Source of the DNA: Patescibacteria group bacterium UBA2773
GTDB taxonomy: Bacteria; Patescibacteriota; Minisyncoccia; Moranbacterales; DUUL01
Length of the DNA stretch: 64,000 nucleotides
Direction of reading: 5' to 3'
Assembly: GCA_002352465.1 (NCBI GenBank)
Contig: DEIN01000003.1
Coordinates: 24,933-88,932 of the forward strand
This document shows, piece by piece, positions 58,257 to 64,000 of this stretch. The position numbers and the translations under genes are program-made. The first letter of the stretch is position 1. Each line of letters begins with the position of its first letter. A model generated the notes under the pieces. It saw nothing but the letters and a program-made list of their open reading frames with translations. It did not search any database and was not told the origin of the DNA.

Positions 58257-59645
58257 CTACAATTTATTAACTATATTCCTAAATTGTCGTCCTCTATCAA
58301 ACTCATTCTCAAACATCCCAAAACTAGCAAAACCAGGCGACAATAAAACTAATCCACCTTGTTCTGCTTCAATATAAGCCTCTTTAATCGCTTTATCAAA
58401 TTCCGAATAAATTCCATTGATTTTATCTTCACCACCTAACTCAATAATTTGTTTTTCAATTTTTTTAGCAATCTTACTATCCAAAATAAAAATGTTTTTA
58501 ACATATTTAGATTGAGAAATTTTTTTCAAAAAAATAGTTGGGTCCAATTTCTTGCTAGCCCCACCCATAATTAAATTAATCGGTCGCATAAAAGAGTTCA
58601 CCCCAGCAATAGCTGATTCGGGAGTAGTAGCTGTTGTATCATTATAGAAATCAATACTCTTTAAAGTTCGAACCAATTCAAGCCGATGAACAACACCTTT
58701 AAAATTTATCAAAGTTTTTTTTATTTTTTTTAAGTCAATTCCAATAACCGTCGCTAAAGCCACCGTCGCTAAAATATTATCTAAATTATGAGCACCCTTT
58801 AAATTAAAGCTTTTTATATCACAGACTTCCCTTTCGTCTCCTTCAAAACAAACAAAAATTTTTCCACTTCGAACAAAAACCACTCGATCACCTTCGATTT
58901 CTTTATTTGAATAATAAACCACCTGAGCAGAAGCTTCTTCTCCCATTTCTCTAGTAATTTTATTGTCATAATTGAAAATAGCAAAATCCTCCGAAGATTG
59001 ATTAATATAAACCTGTTTTTTATCCTCAATATATTCTTCCATCGAAGCATAATGGTTAAGATGATCCGGGTAAATATTAGTCACTAAAGCGTATTTAGGA
59101 CTTTTTTTATTCTTTTTCAAGCCGGCCAACCGCCAAGAAGACATCTCAAAAACAACAAAAGTACTTGGGGTAATTTTTTTCAATTTATCCATCACCGCTT
59201 CTTGTCCAATTCCAACTTTAGAGATTTTCTTTCCAGCATCAGCTAAGACTTGGGCAATCAAACTAGCAGTAGTGGTTTTACCTTTAGTACCAGTCACTCC
59301 AATTATTTTTGAACTTTCACAATGTTCAAAGAAAAGACTAGAATCCATTTCAATTGGAACTTTATTTTTTAAAGCAATTTGAATATACTTATTACCCCAA
59401 GAAACAGTCGGATTTTTTATCACTAAATCAACTTTCTGAAAATCCTCCGGGCGATGATGACCGGTGACGACAACCAAGTTTTTAAAACTTTTAAGCTCGT
59501 CCAACGTGGTTTTCAACGCTGATTCTTTTTTTATATCGGTAGCGATGACTTTGGCACCTTGCTCCAACAACCATTTGATCATATTTTTTGAACCTCCATG
59601 TAAACCAATCCCCATCACCGTCACTTTCTTGTTTTTTAAATTCAC
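58257..59645 (-). CDS. murD: UDP-N-acetylmuramoylalanine--D-glutamate ligase
   Basis: N-terminal KVTVMGIGLHGGS Rossmann, Mur ligase P-loop GVTGTKGKTTT. Confidence 0.85.
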   Translation of the reverse strand: MNLKNKKVTVMGIGLHGGSKNMIKWLLEQGAKVIATDIKKESALKTTLDELKSFKNLVVVTGHHRPEDFQKVDLVIKNPTVSWGNKYIQIALKNKVPIEMDSSLFFEHCESSKIIGVTGTKGKTTTASLIAQVLADAGKKISKVGIGQEAVMDKLKKITPSTFVVFEMSSWRLAGLKKNKKSPKYALVTNIYPDHLNHYASMEEYIEDKKQVYINQSSEDFAIFNYDNKITREMGEEASAQVVYYSNKEIEGDRVVFVRSGKIFVCFEGDEREVCDIKSFNLKGAHNLDNILATVALATVIGIDLKKIKKTLINFKGVVHRLELVRTLKSIDFYNDTTATTPESAIAGVNSFMRPINLIMGGASKKLDPTIFLKKISQSKYVKNIFILDSKIAKKIEKQIIELGGEDKINGIYSEFDKAIKEAYIEAEQGGLVLLSPGFASFGMFENEFDRGRQFRNIVNKL

Positions 59646-59749
59646 GTTAAAAATTTAAGACTAAAGTTTAAGCACCAAACCCCAAATAATAAATTACAAA
59701 TCACAATTTTCAAAATCCAAAACAAAAATTTTAGTTTTAAATATTAATG

Positions 59750-59776
59750 CTTACCTGCCTGCCAGTAGGCAGATTT
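59750..59776. repeat. GC-rich hairpin ACCTGCCTGCC-AGTA-GGCAG(ATTTGG) downstream of gap
   Basis: same ACCTGCCTGCC motif as 37700..37735 and the 5' ends of repeats B and C. Confidence 0.35.
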
Positions 59777-59827
59777 GGAATTTGTGATTTTATATTCGTA
59801 ATTTAATATAGCTCAACTTGAAATAAT

Positions 59828-60826
59828 TCATTTATTATTCATTTTAAGAGCTAAATCAATCACTCTCTCTGAGTATCCCCATTCATTGTCATACCAACCT
59901 ACCACTTTAACTAAGTTTCCTCCAACCACTTTAATCAAATCAGTTGGAACAATCACTGAATAAGTACTTCTAAGAATATCGCTCGAAACTAAAGGCTCAG
60001 TAGTGGCTTGAAGAATGTTTTTCATTGAACCAGCTTCCGCTTCTTCAAAAGCTTGAGTAATTTCTTCTTTAGTCACGTCTTTTTTTAAAAGCACTACCAC
60101 ATCAGAAATTGATCCAGCTGGAGTCGGCACTCGATAAGCCATCCCATCAAAAACTCCTTTTAATTCAGGCACCACCAAAGTTGCTGCCAAGGCTGCCCCT
60201 GTAGAAGTTGGAACCACATTACAAGCTGCTGCTCTACCTCTTCGCATATCTTTTTTAGATGGTCCATCGACCAAAGATTGAGTAGAAGTATAACTATGAA
60301 TCGTTGACATTAATGATTTTTCTACTCCGAATTTATCTTCTAAAACTTTCATCATCGGAGCAATACAATTAGTAGTGCAAGAGGCATTAGAAATAATATC
60401 ATCAGAAACTTCTAATTTATCATTATTAACTCCGCAAACAATAGTTTTGATTGTTTCATCTTTGGTTGGCGCAGAAATCAAAACTTTTTTTGCTCCCGCT
60501 TTCAAATGACCTTCTGCTCCCGTTCGATCAGTAAAAAAGCCAGTGGCTTCAACCACCAAATCAATTTCCAATTCCGCCCAAGGCAAATCAGCTGGATTTT
60601 TTGCCGAAAAAAACTTAATTTGTTTTCCGGCCACCATCAAATTTCCGTCTTTGACTTCCGCTTTATTTTTATAAATTCGATAAACCGTATCATAATTCAA
60701 AAGATAGGTTAAATTTTCCAATTCCGCCAAATCATTAATTGCCACAATTTCTATTTCTGGATTATCAATTGCTATTTTTAAAACCGCCCTCCCAATCCTC
60801 CCAAACCCATTTATCGCAATTTTCAT
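59828..60826 (-). CDS. gap: type I glyceraldehyde-3-phosphate dehydrogenase
   Basis: NGFGRIGR NAD motif, catalytic SCTTNC. Confidence 0.9.
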   Translation of the reverse strand: MKIAINGFGRIGRAVLKIAIDNPEIEIVAINDLAELENLTYLLNYDTVYRIYKNKAEVKDGNLMVAGKQIKFFSAKNPADLPWAELEIDLVVEATGFFTDRTGAEGHLKAGAKKVLISAPTKDETIKTIVCGVNNDKLEVSDDIISNASCTTNCIAPMMKVLEDKFGVEKSLMSTIHSYTSTQSLVDGPSKKDMRRGRAAACNVVPTSTGAALAATLVVPELKGVFDGMAYRVPTPAGSISDVVVLLKKDVTKEEITQAFEEAEAGSMKNILQATTEPLVSSDILRSTYSVIVPTDLIKVVGGNLVKVVGWYDNEWGYSERVIDLALKMNNK

Positions 60827-61069
60827 ATTTGTTTTGTTATTAATAATAAGTTTATAAAGTTCTTAATGTCGTTCAAGGACTTTTCTTAAACCTGAAAATA
60901 TTTTAAATATTTCAACAAACTCATAATAAAAAATAATTAAATTTTTCCATTTTTTTATAAGTTTACGTAATTAATTACGTAATCATCTATTACTTTTTAA
61001 AACGCCCTCTTAAAATTGTATATTTCCAATTAATTAAAATCATCGGGGTTTAATAATTTGGGTGCAATT

Positions 61070-61251
61070 CAACCTGCCTCCGCTATAATTAAGACAAGGA
61101 GCAATCTAAATATCAGACAAAACACAGAAACTTAAGATTTTGAGTGCAGTTCAAGGCAGATTTGAGCAACGAGCGAGGCACACTAGCTCAGTACGTCGAG
61201 CGAATAGCGGAAAATCCAACGAAGAGATGTGCCAAAATATAAAGTTTCAGT
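61070..61251 (+). repeat. GC-enriched structured intergenic repeat, copy C
   Basis: AACCTGCCTCCGC...TTTGAGTGCAGTTCAAGGCAGATTTGAGCAACGAGCGAGGCACAC...AGCGGAAAATCCAACGAAGAGATGTGCCAAAA; ends at the gyrB stop. Confidence 0.55.
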
Positions 61252-63228
61252 CTAGACGTCGAGGTTTTGGACAGACTTGGCGTGGGCTTGGATGAATTTC
61301 TTCCTCGGTGCCACTTCACTCCCCATCAAAATATCAAATATTTCATCCGCTTTCTCCCCATCTTCAACTGTAATCTGGTTCATCATTCGATTTTCTGGAT
61401 TCATAGTGGTATCCCAAAGTAAACTTGGATTCATTTCTCCTAGACCCTTGTAGCGTTGAAGAGAAATTCCAGTAGATTTTTTAAGATCTAAACCTTCCTC
61501 TTCATTTTCCGAAATTTCAACGTCTTTACCAACTATTTTTTTCAAAATACGATCCTTTTCTTCTTCGTCATAAGCATAATAAACTTGTTTCCCTTTCTTA
61601 ACTGCAAACAAAGGAGGTTGAGCCGCATAAACATATCCAGCTTCAATCAAGCCCTCAAAATGTCGATAAAATAAAGTCAATAATAAAGTTCTGATATGAG
61701 AACCGTCCACGTCAGCATCAGTCATAATTACAATTCTGTGATATCTCAATTTTGCTAAATTCATTTCCGCTCCAATTCCAGCACCCAAAGCAATCACAAT
61801 GTTTTTGATTTCCTGAGAAGTCAACATCCGATCCAATCGAGCTCTTTCCACATTCAAAATTTTTCCTCGTAAGGGCAAAATCGCTTGAAATTGTCGGTCT
61901 CTCCCTTGCTTGGCACTGCCACCAGCAGAATCTCCCTCCACAATGAACAATTCACTTTTACTGGCATCTCGACTAGAACAATCAGCTAATTTTCCAGGTA
62001 AAGTCATTCCTTCCATTGCGCCTTTTCTAACCACCGCCTCTTTAGCGGCTTTGGCGGCTAATCGAGCCTTGGAAGACAAAGCACAACGATTAATAATTGA
62101 CTTAGCTTCTTGCGGATTTTCATCAAAATACTCAATAAAAGCTTCATTCAAAACTGAATTCACAGCCGTCCTGGCTTCAGAGTTCCCCAATTTAGTTTTG
62201 GTTTGACCTTCAAATTGAGGTTCTTCTAATTTAACTGAGACAACTGCTGTTAAACCCTCTTTCACATCATCAGCAGTGAAATTGGGATCTTTTTCTTTCA
62301 GCAAATTATTCTTTTTAGCATAATCATTGATGCTTCTAGTTAAAGCCGTTCTAAAACCAGTTTCATGCATTCCGCCTTCTGTCGTAGGAATATTATTAGC
62401 GAAAGAAATAATTCGGTCTTTCATCGACATACTAAACTGCAAAGAAGCTTCCACTAAAACCCCTTGGACTTGTTTTTCAACATAAAAAATATTCTCATTA
62501 ACAACTTCTTTACCTTTGTTTAGATGTTTAACAAAAGATTTTATTCCACCATCAAAACAAAAACCAACCTTTTTATGAAGGTTTTCTTTTTCATTTCTTT
62601 TGTCTATTATTTTTAAATGAATGCCCTTGGTTAAATAGGCTTGTTCTCGTAAGTAGTTAATAATTTTGCTCCAATTCCATTCAATTTCTGGAAAAATTTC
62701 TGGATCTGGTTCAAAAGTAATAATTGTTCCGTGTTTTTTTGTTTCTCCTATTTTTTTCACTGGAGCTTGAACATCTCCTCGACAATATTCCTGTGCCCAA
62801 ATTTTACCATTTTGATAAACCTCAGCTCGAGTCCAAATACTCAAAGCATTCACCACTGAAACACCTACCCCATGTAAACCACCAGAGACCTTGTATCCAC
62901 CTCCACCGAACTTACCTCCAGCGTGCAAACGCGTCATTACTGTTTCTAAAGTCGAAACTCCAGTTTGCGGATGCTTCTCGACTGGAATTCCTCGTCCTTC
63001 ATCAATCACTCGAATTTGATTGCCCGGCAAAATATGAGTTTCGATATAAGTTCCGTTGCCAGTCATCGCCTCATCAATAGAGTTAGCCACTACTTCCCAA
63101 ACCAAATGATGCAGACCTTCCAATGAAGTTCCTCCTATATACATTCCTGGTCTTTTTCTAACTGGCTCTAATCCCTCTAGTACCTGAATCGATTCAGCCG
63201 TATATTCCTGTGTTTGTTTCTTTCCCAT
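61252..63228 (-). CDS. gyrB: DNA gyrase subunit B
   Basis: GHKL ATPase motifs, Toprim EGDSAGG, 658 aa. Confidence 0.95.
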   Translation of the reverse strand: MGKKQTQEYTAESIQVLEGLEPVRKRPGMYIGGTSLEGLHHLVWEVVANSIDEAMTGNGTYIETHILPGNQIRVIDEGRGIPVEKHPQTGVSTLETVMTRLHAGGKFGGGGYKVSGGLHGVGVSVVNALSIWTRAEVYQNGKIWAQEYCRGDVQAPVKKIGETKKHGTIITFEPDPEIFPEIEWNWSKIINYLREQAYLTKGIHLKIIDKRNEKENLHKKVGFCFDGGIKSFVKHLNKGKEVVNENIFYVEKQVQGVLVEASLQFSMSMKDRIISFANNIPTTEGGMHETGFRTALTRSINDYAKKNNLLKEKDPNFTADDVKEGLTAVVSVKLEEPQFEGQTKTKLGNSEARTAVNSVLNEAFIEYFDENPQEAKSIINRCALSSKARLAAKAAKEAVVRKGAMEGMTLPGKLADCSSRDASKSELFIVEGDSAGGSAKQGRDRQFQAILPLRGKILNVERARLDRMLTSQEIKNIVIALGAGIGAEMNLAKLRYHRIVIMTDADVDGSHIRTLLLTLFYRHFEGLIEAGYVYAAQPPLFAVKKGKQVYYAYDEEEKDRILKKIVGKDVEISENEEEGLDLKKSTGISLQRYKGLGEMNPSLLWDTTMNPENRMMNQITVEDGEKADEIFDILMGSEVAPRKKFIQAHAKSVQNLDV

Positions 63229-63363
63229 AGTCTTTTTGTGTTTATTATTAATTTACTAGTATTGTTTTAATTCTTCAAATATCCTTTCCATAAAATTAAT
63301 TACAAAGGACTATTTTTGAATATTTTCTATTAAATTTTATTTAAAAATAATCCTTCAAAAAAA

Positions 63364-63762
63364 TTACCTGGCTAAAAAATACAACTCTACCATAATTACT
63401 GCTCCAATCGCCAACAGCCCATCCCACCAAATTAAAATTTGAAAACTTTGCATTATTAATAAAATCAACACCGCTAAAGCCAACAAAAATCCTTGACGAA
63501 AAGAAATTCCCGCAAAAACACTCAATTCTTTGCTTCTAAGACTTTTCAATTTTAAAGTTCTTATCCAAAAAAGCAACAAAGAAAAACCAGCCAACAAAGA
63601 AAAAAACAAACTAATTTCAAAAATTAAAATGTTGATTGAGATAGATTGTCGGAAAGAATAAGGATCTGAATAAGGAGAAAGAAAAATCAGCGTAAGCAAC
63701 ATTAAAGAAAATGAAACAACAGCCAAAATTCGCATTCCCCACAAAAAGAAACGATAAGACAT
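63364..63762 (-). CDS. hypothetical membrane protein (4 TM)
   Basis: 132 aa, hydrophobic. Confidence 0.45.
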   Translation of the reverse strand: MSYRFFLWGMRILAVVSFSLMLLTLIFLSPYSDPYSFRQSISINILIFEISLFFSLLAGFSLLLFWIRTLKLKSLRSKELSVFAGISFRQGFLLALAVLILLIMQSFQILIWWDGLLAIGAVIMVELYFLAR

Positions 63763-63857
63763 TTTTTTATTTTAAAACATTCTGAACTGTCTGTTAAAAC
63801 AGTTCTCTTTAATCTTAAACTATTTTACAACCTAAATCAAATCTAAAAAAATTTAAT

Positions 63858-64000
63858 TTATTTGGTGACATCTTTATTAATATAAACCGTTTGAGAAGGA
63901 AAGGCAAATTCAATTTTCCGTTTTTCAAATTCTTCATAAATTCCCAAATTAATTCGTTCTTGAATATCTAAAAATAGACCCAAATCGGAGCTTTCGACAT
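63858..64000 (-). CDS. MscS-family mechanosensitive channel, C-terminal end only (5' part beyond window)
   Basis: hand translation of the minus strand: ...DLGLFLDIQERINLGIYEEFEKRKIEFAFPSQTVYINKDVTK* (IEFAFPSQTVY resembles the MscS C-terminal motif), stop at 63858-63860. Confidence 0.45.
   Translation of the reverse strand, partial: VESSDLGLFLDIQERINLGIYEEFEKRKIEFAFPSQTVYINKDVTK

Overview
Low-GC (about 30%) window with almost every gene on the minus strand, 4-bp gene overlaps and K-rich extensions on ribosomal proteins. A long S10/spc ribosomal-protein operon (L21, S10, L3, L4, L23, L2, S19, L22, S3, L16, L29, S17, L14, L24, L5, S14(Zn), S8, L6, L18, S5, L15, SecY) lacks rpmD (L30), which fits a Candidate Phyla Radiation (Patescibacteria)-type genome with the standard genetic code. 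The rest is a cell-envelope glycan cluster (flippase-like protein, GT2, GT4, UDP-GlcA epimerase, GT-B) interrupted by an AbiEi/AbiEii toxin-antitoxin pair; a large secreted beta-helix/lipase-like surface protein broken by two -1 frameshifts in poly-A tracts; RecO; tRNA-Glu(UUC); a lone plus-strand gene with a consensus leaderless promoter that encodes a membrane-anchored GH73-like protein; ROK kinase, RseP, Frr, a BNR lipoprotein and an HtrA-like protein whose catalytic triad is mutated; MraY, DacA-like PBP, ScpA/ScpB, a tandem-REC response regulator, DnaJ, a processive GT2 polysaccharide synthase module, YraN, GatC/GatA, LigA, a HAD pseudogene, a UvrB remnant, MreB, YbeY, YqeY, S21, HIT, HisRS, LepB, MurD, GAPDH and GyrB. 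The two observations I rate highest are (1) the alanyl-tRNA synthetase, which carries a complete in-frame Ham1/RdgB (ITPase) domain inserted in its helical domain, and (2) a family of at least seven GC-enriched structured intergenic repeats found directly after stop codons, one of them between rplB and rpsS. In addition, a pair of 100-bp palindrome-bearing direct repeats brackets rseP, and all three detected frameshifts are single-A deficits in A-runs. Partial genes run off both window edges (membrane protein at 1..908; MscS-like C-terminus at 63858..64000).
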